Positions 8,804 through 17,311 of a stretch of DNA of 64,000 bases are shown here, piece after piece; position 1 is the stretch's first letter, and each line of letters starts with the position of its first letter. The notes beneath the pieces were generated by a model. That model searched no databases. It was not told the origin of the DNA and saw nothing but the letters and a program-made list of their open reading frames with translations. Source of the stretch: Candidatus Saccharimonadia bacterium (lineage in GTDB: Bacteria > Patescibacteriota > Saccharimonadia > UBA4664); contig DATKIP010000093.1 of assembly GCA_035544015.1 (NCBI GenBank), positions 1,156 to 65,155 of the forward strand. Direction: 5' to 3'. A program made the translations under genes and the position numbers.

Positions 8804-10429
8804 ATGAAGCAGGCCTACCTCAAAGAACTCGCCAGCCGCCTCCTCGGCAGTGTCACCGATACCGCCGACGCCCTCGAGCATTTTTCCACCGACCAAAGCA
8901 TTTTTACGGCTACCCCCACAGCGGTCATTTATCCGCAAAACACCGCCGACGTGCGCAAAACCGTGCAATTTTCCGCCGAGCGCGCTGCCGCCGGCCGGCC
9001 CTTGCCGCTCGTGCCACGCGGCAAGGGCAGCGATCAGAGTGGGGGAGCAGTGGGGGAGGGCTTGCAGGTAGTGTTTCCCGCGCACCTGAACAAATTGCTG
9101 CGACTCGACCGCGACGCCGTTACCGTGCAGCCCGGCATTCTGTTTCAGACCATGCAGCAAACCCTCTACACCCACGGCCGGTTCGTGGCCCAGCAGCCGG
9201 CCGGCGCCGAATACTCCACGGTCGGCGGCCTTGTGGCCACCGGCTCGGCCGGGCAGTCCGCGGTCAAGTACGGCTCCCTGCGCGAGGCCGTGCGAGGCCT
9301 GAAGGTGGTGCTAGCCGACAGCTCGCTCATCGAGACCAGCCGCATCAGCGCCCGCGAGCTCAATCGTCGCAAGGGCTTCACCACCCTCGAAGGCGAAATC
9401 TACCGCCGTGTCGACAGCCTGCTGCTCGACGGCGCCGACCTCATCAAACGCCATCACCTCACCGGCGTGCCCAACACCGCCGGCTACGATCTCTGGTCGG
9501 TGCGCCGCCCCAATGGCTCGTTTGACCTCACGCCGCTGTTTATCGGCTCGCAGGGCACGCTCGGTATCATCACCGAAATCACGCTGGCCACGCTGCCCTA
9601 CGCTCCTCGCACCACGCTAGCCGTGGGCTTTTTCGCCACCGTGGCCGGCGCCGGCGAGGCCGTAGCCCGTCTGCGCAGCCTCGGCCCCTGCGCCATCGAG
9701 CTGGTCGACCGCCATGTGCTCGATTACTACCGCGAACTCCGCCCCGATGACCTCACTGGCCTCGTCCCCGACCCCACGCCGGCCATCACCCTGCTCGTCG
9801 AATTCGACAACCACTCGCAGCTGGCCCAAAAAATCCGTAGCACCCGCGCCGAGCGCATAATGCGCCGTCACGGTGCCACGGTGCGAATCTCGACCGACCC
9901 GGTCGAGCAAGTCGCGCTCTGGAAGATTCGCCGCAGCACCGTCGCCACCTGGCTGTCGCATGGTTCCAAGCACGCGCTGCCGTTTATCGAAGACGCCGCG
10001 GTGCCGGTGGAGAAGTTGCCCCAATTCATCGACAAAACCTACAAACTCCTGCGGCAGCACGACCTCGAGCCCGCGCTCTGGGGCCACGCCGGCAGCGGCA
10101 ACCTGCGCCTCCAGCCTCGTCTCGACCTCTCCAAGAAAAAAGACGTCGACAAACTCTTCACCCTCGCCCGCGAATACGCCGAACTCGTCATATCGCTCGG
10201 CGGCACGCCCTCGGCGTCCCATGGCGACAACCTGTTGCGCGCTACCTTCCTGCCCAAGCTCTATGGCGAAGAATTATACGAAATTTTGGCTTCAGTAAAG
10301 CATATATTCGACCCCCAAGATATCTTCAACCCAGCCCAGCTCACCGGCGCCACCGAAGACTACGCCCGCGCCCATCTGCGCACCCATTTCACCGCCAGTC
10401 AGCTGCACGATTACCACGTTTACACCTAG
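8804..10429 (+). CDS. FAD-binding oxidoreductase (GlcD/D-lactate dehydrogenase family)
   Basis: PRGKGSDQSG, GSQGTLGIITE, GHAGSGNL, HG, K..FDP..IFNP. Confidence 0.9.
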   Translation: MKQAYLKELASRLLGSVTDTADALEHFSTDQSIFTATPTAVIYPQNTADVRKTVQFSAERAAAGRPLPLVPRGKGSDQSGGAVGEGLQVVFPAHLNKLLRLDRDAVTVQPGILFQTMQQTLYTHGRFVAQQPAGAEYSTVGGLVATGSAGQSAVKYGSLREAVRGLKVVLADSSLIETSRISARELNRRKGFTTLEGEIYRRVDSLLLDGADLIKRHHLTGVPNTAGYDLWSVRRPNGSFDLTPLFIGSQGTLGIITEITLATLPYAPRTTLAVGFFATVAGAGEAVARLRSLGPCAIELVDRHVLDYYRELRPDDLTGLVPDPTPAITLLVEFDNHSQLAQKIRSTRAERIMRRHGATVRISTDPVEQVALWKIRRSTVATWLSHGSKHALPFIEDAAVPVEKLPQFIDKTYKLLRQHDLEPALWGHAGSGNLRLQPRLDLSKKKDVDKLFTLAREYAELVISLGGTPSASHGDNLLRATFLPKLYGEELYEILASVKHIFDPQDIFNPAQLTGATEDYARAHLRTHFTASQLHDYHVYT

Positions 10430-10457
10430 CTCGTATTAATCACAAGGAGACCCCGCC

Positions 10458-10802
10458 GTGCTCGTATCAAACTTACTCCGCCGTCACAAAACCCCCGCCC
10501 CCACCTTCGCCCCCGGTCTGTTTCTGGGCCTGCTCGTAGTCTTCACCCTGCTCGGCCAAAGCAAGCCGACCGTTGGCCTGGTAGGCATTGGCACCACGCT
10601 CATCGTCACGGGCACGCTCATCATCCTGAACCGCCAGCGCATCTGGGACGATTACCGCAAGGGCTATCGCAAAAGTAAAGGCCTCGCCGCCCTCTGGGCC
10701 AAACCCAACCCCGTGTATTACACCCTCAACGTGCTCTTTTTATGGCCGTTTATCGTCTTCTTGGGCATCGTTTGCCTGTGGGCCGCCTACATGCTAAGCT
10801 AA
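10458..10802 (+). CDS. hypothetical membrane protein
   Basis: AAGGAG RBS + GTG, three TM segments. Confidence 0.7.
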   Translation: MLVSNLLRRHKTPAPTFAPGLFLGLLVVFTLLGQSKPTVGLVGIGTTLIVTGTLIILNRQRIWDDYRKGYRKSKGLAALWAKPNPVYYTLNVLFLWPFIVFLGIVCLWAAYMLS

Positions 10803-10822
10803 CGCAGTTACAACCCAGCTCT

Positions 10823-10906
10823 GCGCGAGTGGTGGAATGGTATACACACTAGTCTGAGGGACTAGCGCCGCAAGGCTTGGAGGTTCGACTCCTCTCTCGC
10901 GCACCA
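10823..10906 (+). tRNA. tRNA-Leu (GAG)
   Basis: Acceptor GCGCGAG/CTCGCGC+ACCA, anticodon arm CTAGT-CTGAGGG-ACTAG, variable arm, T-arm. Confidence 0.97.
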
Positions 10907-10934
10907 AGGTCTAATCCAATTTATTACAGATAGG

Positions 10935-10968
10935 AATGCTTCCGAATTTCGGGGTATTTTTATTTTTT
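10935..10968 (+). terminator. intrinsic terminator after tRNA-Leu(GAG)
   Basis: AATGCTTCCGAA-T-TTCGGGGTATT stem followed by T-rich tract. Confidence 0.6.
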
Positions 10969-10983
10969 GCCAAGTCCACTTAG

Positions 10984-12411
10984 CTACAGCTCGCTATTCG
11001 CGGGAGCTGTAGCTGCCTTATATTCACGGCGGCCGCCAGTAACTGCCACGATTACGCTAAACGTAGCCAGCGCTAGTACGAGCAAAAGCGCAAAACGATA
11101 CCGCCCCAGCCCAATGGCGGTGCTACTGGCAAACAAGGAAGCGACGACTGCCAGGATGATGCCGCTGCCAATCTGGAAAGCCGAGAGCACAATGCCCGAT
11201 GCTAAACCGTGCTCAGACTCACGCGTTTGGGCCAGCCCCTTGATGTTGATCGATGGAAAAGCCATCGCAAAACCTAATCCTATAAATAGCTGAAGGATAG
11301 CCACCAATACCAGGTTCGGAACAGAATCGAGCAGTATAAACCACGCAAAGCCAAGCGTTTGCAAGAGTAACCCGGCAATAATTAACGGTATCGTGCCAAT
11401 ACGGAAGCTAAGCTTGGCGAATTTGGTGGCGCTCAGTGCTACAATGCTGCCTCCAAACGCAAACGACAATGCCGACTGGAATGGCGACCAACCGAGTACG
11501 TTTTGCAAATATAGTACGGCCACAAATTGAAACGCCACGTAGTTGCCTTGCATCAGGAAGGCCAGCAGTGACGCGTAGCTCAGGCCTGGTCGCCGGAAGA
11601 TAGCTAGGGGTAGCAGCGGTGCAGCGGCACGCGTATGTTCGTGGTGCAAAAACAATCCGAGCAGCGCCAGTCCTGCGCCAAGCGGCCCAAGTGCGGCCAT
11701 CGAAATCCAGCCATAGCTGGCAGCCTGGGCAGCACCAAACACGATTAACAGCAGCGCAACCGTGCCCATAACCGAGCCCGGCAAGTCAAACCGCTTACTT
11801 TTTTGGCTTGGCTTGTCGCGCTCTAGAGCCAAGGCGCCAATAGCTACTACTACCAGGGCAATAGGTGCCGGCAAAAGCATTGTGTAACGCCAGCTGAGGT
11901 TGCCTACCAGCCCCCCAATAACCATGCCGAGCGCAAAGCCTGCCGCCCCGGTAGACGAAAATACACCCAAGGCATGGGTACGCTTAGCTGGCTCCTGATG
12001 CAGACCCAGTAGCAGCGACAGCGCCGCTGGGCCGGTAAAGCCGGCGCAGATGCCCTTGATAATGCGTGCCGCTATGAGCAGCCAAGGTTCGCTTGTCAGG
12101 CCGGCAACCAGGCTAGCCAAGGCAAACAACAACATGGAAAGCAAAAATACCCGCCGCCGTCCAAACAGATCCGCCACCCGGCCACCCAGAAGCAGGAATC
12201 CACCGTAGCCTAGGACGTAGCCAGATACAATCCATTGCAGGCTCTGAGCATCCATGCCCAAAGCGTGCTGAATTGCTGGTAGTACGACCGCAGTGCTTGA
12301 TATGTCCATGCCATCCAAAAACTGTGCAATACAAAGCAGCGCCAAAATGCCGCCGGTCGACAGTGCCAGCTGAGGCTTAGCCAGAACAGTACTCATACTT
12401 TTATCCCTCAT
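10984..12411 (-). CDS. MFS transporter, DHA2 (14-TM drug:H+ antiporter) family
   Basis: WIVSGYVLGYGGFLLLGGRVADLFGRRR motif A; about 14 TM. Confidence 0.92.
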   Translation of the reverse strand: MRDKSMSTVLAKPQLALSTGGILALLCIAQFLDGMDISSTAVVLPAIQHALGMDAQSLQWIVSGYVLGYGGFLLLGGRVADLFGRRRVFLLSMLLFALASLVAGLTSEPWLLIAARIIKGICAGFTGPAALSLLLGLHQEPAKRTHALGVFSSTGAAGFALGMVIGGLVGNLSWRYTMLLPAPIALVVVAIGALALERDKPSQKSKRFDLPGSVMGTVALLLIVFGAAQAASYGWISMAALGPLGAGLALLGLFLHHEHTRAAAPLLPLAIFRRPGLSYASLLAFLMQGNYVAFQFVAVLYLQNVLGWSPFQSALSFAFGGSIVALSATKFAKLSFRIGTIPLIIAGLLLQTLGFAWFILLDSVPNLVLVAILQLFIGLGFAMAFPSINIKGLAQTRESEHGLASGIVLSAFQIGSGIILAVVASLFASSTAIGLGRYRFALLLVLALATFSVIVAVTGGRREYKAATAPANSEL

Positions 12412-12507
12412 TTACATTTTACCCACCTACATATACGCAAAAGCTCTCTTTATTGCAAGAACTGACTAGTTTGTTATATACTAACCAATTAGAGAGTCAT
12501 ATATTTA

Positions 12508-12870
12508 ATGAACAACCCTCAAAACTATAAGCCCGAGTACGCACTCGAATTAATCGGCGGCAAATGGAAGATGCCCATTTTATGGCGGCTCGACCGGCCC
12601 GAGCCCTGGCGCTACAGTGAGCTCAAGCGTGATCTGGGCAACGTTTCGCACAAAATGCTATCGCAGCAGCTCAAGGAACTAGAGCGCGACGGCTTTATCA
12701 CGCGCTACGCCTACCCTGTCGTGCCGCCCAGGGTCGAATATGCACTCACAGATAAAGGACGCTTGACCTTGCCTGCGCTCCAGGCGCTTTGTCAGCTCAA
12801 TGCAGCTTTGCAAGATAGAGAGTGTAACCCTATAGTCATCGCGCCTTCCGGTGAGGTTGTCCTCGGTTAA
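12508..12870 (+). CDS. HxlR-family winged-helix transcriptional regulator
   Basis: IGGKWK..IL, RYSELKR, KMLSQQLKELERDG, VPPRVEYALT; divergent from MFS. Confidence 0.92.
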   Translation: MNNPQNYKPEYALELIGGKWKMPILWRLDRPEPWRYSELKRDLGNVSHKMLSQQLKELERDGFITRYAYPVVPPRVEYALTDKGRLTLPALQALCQLNAALQDRECNPIVIAPSGEVVLG

Positions 12871-13019
12871 TGCAAGGCCTGTCGCACGTCTTCTCCGAAG
12901 GCTTGGAGAAGTTGGGTATCTGGCCGGATGGCGTTTGCTTCAATAGACATCAATCTTTCAAAAGTAAAGCCCAAATCCGTCATTTTACGGCAGAACAATG
13001 TCAAACTTGCCTCTATCGA

Positions 13020-13048
13020 GTTCCACCTAACGTCGCATTGGCGCACCA
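13020..13048 (+). repeat. cassette junction repeat 1 (21-bp arm + tRNA 3' core)
   Basis: GTTCCACCTAACGTCGCATTG-GCGCACCA. Confidence 0.9.
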
Positions 13049-13145
13049 TTTTTGAATAACAGATAGGAAGGCTCTCAAGATGCGAGGCCTTTTTATTTTG
13101 AATCGCATTTCTAATCTGTTGCATTGGTTTGATATACTTTAAAAA

Positions 13146-13640
13146 ATGCAAAGAATACTCATTGTTGGCGTCAGCGGGACCGGCAAGACACGGCTGGCTC
13201 GGCGCATGTCTATCAAGCTGCACATCCGGGCAGTTTTACTCGACACGATATTTTGGAAAGAGAACTGGCAAGAAGAAGATCCAAAGGTTGTCGAGTCAAA
13301 AATCCGCCGCGTTATTCAAAAGGATACATGGATTATCGAAGGCTACATTGAGCCATTGGGTGCTGAGCGGGTTAAAAGAGCGGGCAAAGTAATTTACTTG
13401 GATTATCCAGGTTATATTGCATTTTGGGGAGGCCTGAGGCGTTGGCGTGAATTTCGGGGCAAGACGCGCCCTGAAATGCCTGCGGGAAATATTGAAGCGT
13501 TTGGCTGGAAGTTCCTTATGACGCTACTTAGGCGTGACGAGCGACCGGAAATAGAGGCAGCCGTACGAGGGCACGAAGACAAAGTTATCCGCCTAAAATC
13601 TTGGCGGGCAACAGAGGCCTATCTTAATCAGGTGGCTTGA
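13146..13640 (+). CDS. P-loop kinase, topology-modulation protein (FlaR)/adenylate-kinase-like family
   Basis: ILIVGVSGTGKTRLA Walker A, LDTIFW, WIIEG. Confidence 0.85.
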   Translation: MQRILIVGVSGTGKTRLARRMSIKLHIRAVLLDTIFWKENWQEEDPKVVESKIRRVIQKDTWIIEGYIEPLGAERVKRAGKVIYLDYPGYIAFWGGLRRWREFRGKTRPEMPAGNIEAFGWKFLMTLLRRDERPEIEAAVRGHEDKVIRLKSWRATEAYLNQVA

Positions 13641-13691
13641 AGTCGAGATCCTTTAATTTTGATACAGCAACAAAATACTGGGCTCAATCTG

Positions 13692-13739
13692 GTTCCACCT
13701 AACGTCGCACTGGCGCACCATGGTCTGATCCAATTTATT
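13692..13739 (+). repeat. cassette junction repeat 2 with post-tRNA arm
   Basis: GTTCCACCTAACGTCGCACTG-GCGCACCA-TGGTCTGATCCAATTTATT; the last 18 nt match the sequence after both Leu tRNAs. Confidence 0.9.
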
Positions 13740-13840
13740 CTTTTTGTAGTAATTCCATATCTGTTTTTTTTGGTAAAAGAACTCTTAGCTTCGCTTAGGT
13801 AGTTTGATAATACTCATCTTGGTACCGATGTAGCGAGAAA

Positions 13841-13878
13841 TTGACATTCTCGTACCATTTTGATACCATTTTGGTACT
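13841..13878 (+). promoter_or_regulatory. sigma70 promoter with overlapping operator-like repeats for the TA operon
   Basis: TTGACA-17 nt-TACCAT; GTACCA/TGGTAC inverted motifs across the promoter. Confidence 0.7.
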
Positions 13879-14157
13879 ATGACTACCAAGTTACAAATCC
13901 CGATCGATCAAGACGTTCGCGAAGGCTTTGAGCGCCGCGCACACAGCTTAGGCTTTGATTCTGCTCAAGCCTATCTCCGCGTGTGGATGAAGGCCGAAGC
14001 CGATGGGCGCAAGCTCGACTTTGATGGCAAAGCCGTGGTACTCAGTCCCGAAGCCAATGCCCGCTACGAGCAAATGATCGTTGATCTCGACGAAGAAAAA
14101 AAGTCAGGTAAGGCCAAGGAATTTACCTCTGTGGAAGACTTTATGAAAGACCTGTAG
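13879..14157 (+). CDS. type II antitoxin (RelB/DinJ-like, RHH-type N-terminus)
   Basis: 92 aa acidic protein just upstream of toxin; C-terminal FTSVEDFMKDL typical of DinJ/RelB tails. Confidence 0.75.
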   Translation: MTTKLQIPIDQDVREGFERRAHSLGFDSAQAYLRVWMKAEADGRKLDFDGKAVVLSPEANARYEQMIVDLDEEKKSGKAKEFTSVEDFMKDL

Positions 14158-14160
14158 GGC

Positions 14161-14427
14161 GTGAAGCCTATACGCCGCCACCGTAAGTTTGAAAAGAACT
14201 TTCAAAGTCGCATTTCCCCGAATCCAAAGCTCAGAAAGCAATTCATAGCACGTTTAGAGTTATTCAAGGAGGGTGTTCGCGATTATCCCTTGGATGACCA
14301 TCCACTTGCCGGGACGATGAAAGGGTTGCGTGCGTTTTCAATTGGCGGCGATTTGCGGGTCGTGTATCGAGAGACCGAAGAGCATTATGAATTTCTCGAC
14401 GTCGGCTCGCATAATCAGGTATATTGA
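14161..14427 (+). CDS. type II toxin, RelE/YafQ family mRNA interferase
   Basis: LDDHPLAG.MKGLRAFSIGGDLRVVY...LDVGSHNQVY. Confidence 0.9.
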   Translation: MKPIRRHRKFEKNFQSRISPNPKLRKQFIARLELFKEGVRDYPLDDHPLAGTMKGLRAFSIGGDLRVVYRETEEHYEFLDVGSHNQVY

Positions 14428-14468
14428 GTAGCTTCTTGTAGGGCAGCAAAAATGCTGTCGTAAATGGT

Positions 14469-14497
14469 GTTCCACCTAACGTCGCATTGGTGCACCG
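14469..14497 (+). repeat. cassette junction repeat 3 (degenerate core)
   Basis: GTTCCACCTAACGTCGCATTG-GTGCACCG, followed by TTATTACAGATA as after tRNA-Leu(GAG). Confidence 0.85.
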
Positions 14498-14516
14498 AGA
14501 GATTATTACAGATAAG

Positions 14517-14544
14517 AAAGCGCCCCAGGAATGGGCGCTTTTTT
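14517..14544 (+). terminator. intrinsic terminator in cassette arm
   Basis: AAAGCGCCC-CAGGAAT-GGGCGCTTT TTT. Confidence 0.8.
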
Positions 14545-14583
14545 GTTTGATCTAAATTTCGCATCTGCTGCTATGATGAAAGC

Positions 14584-15114
14584 ATGACTGAAGATTTTAC
14601 AGACTTGCTAGCGGTTGGCGGTAAAGCAAACTCACTTGGCAAAGTGAACGAAGTTATAGCGCTTGTACTAAACGACCGAAACCGACTCGATGAATTGTAT
14701 AGTCGTCTATTCAATGAAGACGCATGGATACGCATGCGCGCTGCAGATGCGCTCGAAAAAATCTGCCGCCAGCACCCCGACTGGCTCCTGCCGTATATAG
14801 ACAAATTCGCCAGCGACCTAGCTACCAGTAGCCAACCGTCCATTCAATGGCATCTGGCGCAGATCTATCGTGCAGTTGACCTAACGACTGAGCAGAAACA
14901 CTTCGCCATAAACTGGCTTAAGCATTTACTTGCTACCAAAGATGTCGACTGGATCGTTGCAGCAAATGCCATGGATACATTGGCTCAATTTACCAAAGAC
15001 GGTTCTTGTTCCGTGGCCGATATCGTTCCATTGCTTAAGATTCAGCAAAACCATAAATCGAACGCGGTCATTAAGCGTGCCAACAAACTAATTACGGAGC
15101 TGCCAGCGAAATAG
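14584..15114 (+). CDS. HEAT/ARM-repeat-like protein
   Basis: IRMRAADALEKI, QWHLAQ, IVAANAMDTL helical repeats. Confidence 0.7.
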   Translation: MTEDFTDLLAVGGKANSLGKVNEVIALVLNDRNRLDELYSRLFNEDAWIRMRAADALEKICRQHPDWLLPYIDKFASDLATSSQPSIQWHLAQIYRAVDLTTEQKHFAINWLKHLLATKDVDWIVAANAMDTLAQFTKDGSCSVADIVPLLKIQQNHKSNAVIKRANKLITELPAK

Positions 15115-15120
15115 TTTGGG

Positions 15121-16191
15121 CTACCCGGCTAATAACGGGAGCTCGTTGCCCTTCTTGTCCACGATAATTTTATCAAAGCGCTCCTCTTTACCGTCCACGA
15201 TAACTACGCCGCCGGCGGCCGCATCGCGCTTGATTTGGATAACGCGGCCCAAACTATCCGGCGCCGGCTCCCGGTGATCTGCCAGAAACCGCTCCAGCAC
15301 CGGCAATCGGTGGGCCTTCTTCGCCTCTGCCGATGCCGCGTCTGCTTGGCTTAGAGCTCCCGGTTGGCCGCATTCGGCGTATCCACCCGTGAGCGAAGAT
15401 ACGCCCAAGACTACCTCAGCGGACGGGCTGGTGGTGTCCGCCCCGCAAAACATTATTGTCCCAAATTCAACACCAGCCCGGTTCACGAATACTTCGGCCA
15501 ACGGCGCCATGACCAAGGCCGGTTCGCCCTCTGCGTTCGTACCGGTATAGGTGACCTGCGTGTTTGGCAGAGCCCAGGCAAATTCGTCGCCGCCCTGGCG
15601 AAACCCCCCTCTGTCTGGCGGGATCAGCTGCTTGCGACCACGTCCGGCCGGCTCCCCAGTTGCTGGTGCGGCGCCAACTGGTTCGCAATGCTCGTTGCAC
15701 CATTTGGCTGCTCTCCTGAGCGAGTCGCCCGCCCGCTCCAGGAGGCTATCTCCGACGGTATGGCCCTCAATATTGTTCGGCAACGTCAGGTTGCCGAGAT
15801 CAAAGACACACACTGCCATCCCTGCACCTTCTGGGCTCTCGAACCGAGCTCTCGCCCCCGCAAAGGCATGCGGATTTCCCAGCCCGGTAAGCTTGTCTAC
15901 CTCGGCTTTTTTTCGCAGATCCTCAGAGTGCTGATCCGCGTCCCCAGTATCTTTCATGATGGCAGTGGTTAGTTGAGCGACGTAATCATTTAGATCTGCA
16001 ATCTCCACCTTTGCTGAGGCAAGCAATTCCTTAAGCTCATCGGCAGTGAGTTCTCGTTCAGGAGCCTTTAGCTCACCGTGTTCGGCGGCTGCGGGCGCGG
16101 GTAGATCAAGGCCAGTAGACCACCCCTCAGCTCCCCGGCTAGACGAAAATGATTCGTCCGGTGGCCGGGACAATGATTCAGATTCAATCAT
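15121..16191 (-). CDS. GGDEF (diguanylate cyclase) domain protein with insertions
   Basis: DKLTGLGN, FDLGNL..PNNIEGH.VGD.LL, RQGGDEF; coiled coil upstream. Confidence 0.75.
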   Translation of the reverse strand: MIESESLSRPPDESFSSSRGAEGWSTGLDLPAPAAAEHGELKAPERELTADELKELLASAKVEIADLNDYVAQLTTAIMKDTGDADQHSEDLRKKAEVDKLTGLGNPHAFAGARARFESPEGAGMAVCVFDLGNLTLPNNIEGHTVGDSLLERAGDSLRRAAKWCNEHCEPVGAAPATGEPAGRGRKQLIPPDRGGFRQGGDEFAWALPNTQVTYTGTNAEGEPALVMAPLAEVFVNRAGVEFGTIMFCGADTTSPSAEVVLGVSSLTGGYAECGQPGALSQADAASAEAKKAHRLPVLERFLADHREPAPDSLGRVIQIKRDAAAGGVVIVDGKEERFDKIIVDKKGNELPLLAG

Positions 16192-16333
16192 AATAACCTT
16201 AAATACCGTAAAGCATCATAGCATTTTATATAGCTCGACTTTTGAGCATAGTGGCGCATTTTAGCTTGAGTTCGCCCTAATCTGGAACAAGGCAATTGAA
16301 CTACCGTAGCGAAAGCGCTATGGTGACATCACT

Positions 16334-16990
16334 ATGACTGCCTCCCTCACATCGGCACGCAGGCGCAGCAACGGCTTCACGCTGGTCGAACTCGTGATCG
16401 TGATTGCCATTTCCGGGAGCCTGTTGCTCATCGCCTTTCTCGGCCAGGGCCAGTTGCGCAACCAGGCGCGTTTCGATTCTAGTATCAATAAGGTGATGCA
16501 AGATATCGCCTACGCTCGCAATTTTTCCCTAGCCAACGTGAATGAGTACGGCCTCGGCAATAACCGCACGTCGCAGCTCGCCGGCGCCGTGCTCGAATTC
16601 GACAACAACCACCCCGACAACAAGCTCACCGAACTCGAACCCGTTTACGCCAACACTGATCCCGCTACGGGCGCTATCTCCCACTCCAATCTACCCGCCT
16701 CCGGCAGCTGCCCGGCCATGGCCGACAACGAATGTTTCGAAATCTTTTTCAACTCGCCCGACCCACTGCAGCTCACCACCGCCACCGCCGGCGAGATAGC
16801 CTTCCTCAATACCGACGCCGGCCTTACCGTGTGCAGCCACCTGGGCGGCGGCTTTATGACCATCGACACCATGTGCTCGTCGGCCAACCCGGCCTTTGGC
16901 CACCCCATCAATGTCGTGCTGCGCGGCCTCACCGGCCTCACCGCCACCATCCAGATCGACCCCAACACTGGCCTCGCCAAGCGGCTCTAA
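16334..16990 (+). CDS. type IV pilin-like protein (prepilin N-methylation motif)
   Basis: RRSNG|FTLVELVIVIAI class III signal peptide. Confidence 0.85.
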   Translation: MTASLTSARRRSNGFTLVELVIVIAISGSLLLIAFLGQGQLRNQARFDSSINKVMQDIAYARNFSLANVNEYGLGNNRTSQLAGAVLEFDNNHPDNKLTELEPVYANTDPATGAISHSNLPASGSCPAMADNECFEIFFNSPDPLQLTTATAGEIAFLNTDAGLTVCSHLGGGFMTIDTMCSSANPAFGHPINVVLRGLTGLTATIQIDPNTGLAKRL

Positions 16991-17052
16991 GCGAGCGCCG
17001 GGCTCCGCGCGGCTTGCCGCCCGCCCCGCATTTGCGTATAATTTCGGGGCTT

Positions 17053-17129
17053 GGGCAATTAGCTCAGTTGGTTAGAGCACCTCGTTTACACCGAGGGGGT
17101 CAAAGGTTCGAGTCCTTTATTGCCCACCA
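17053..17129 (+). tRNA. tRNA-Val (TAC)
   Basis: GGGCAAT/ATTGCCC+ACCA, anticodon arm CCTCG-TTTACAC-CGAGG. Confidence 0.97.
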
Positions 17130-17276
17130 GTCTTAATCTGCGCTCAAAAAGTGTTCCAGAAATGGGTGCTTTTTGTTTTATCCCAAATTTACGCCGGCAC
17201 AGCAAAAACGACTACTCGGAAGCAAGCCCTAACTTGTGGCTCCAGCCTACTGGATGGGGGTCCGATTCATAATACC

Positions 17277-17305
17277 TTGACAGTCATAGTAATGTGATAT
17301 ACACT
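17277..17305 (+). promoter_or_regulatory. sigma70 promoter, leaderless start of padR operon
   Basis: TTGACA-17 nt-TACACT, ATG 6 nt downstream. Confidence 0.7.
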
Positions 17306-17311
17306 GCTCTC

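Larger units (their letters stand above)
10907..14497. mobile_element. tandem array of three small att-bounded cassettes at the tRNA-Leu(GAG) 3' end (plus an open fourth unit)
   Basis: Core GCGCACCA at 10899, 13041, 13713 and GTGCACCG at 14490; the three downstream cores are each preceded by GTTCCACCTAACGTCGCAYTG. Confidence 0.7.

Noticed and set aside
3005-10906. Single 7.9-kb genomic island bounded by attL/attR tRNA repeats
   Set aside because: Both ends are complete tRNAs with different anticodons, there is no integrase, and the interior includes core-like GC-rich genes.
12870-13055. 61-aa plus-strand ORF after hxlR
   Set aside because: No recognisable features; the conserved coding signal here is on the minus strand (att-arm peptide).
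13020-14497. CRISPR array or classical integron attC sites (ACCTAAC fits RYYYAAC)
   Set aside because: Spacing is 0.7-2 kb with whole genes between, and no cas genes are present. I found no matching GTTRRRY/L-box inverted structure downstream and no intI; the junction core is the tRNA 3' end.
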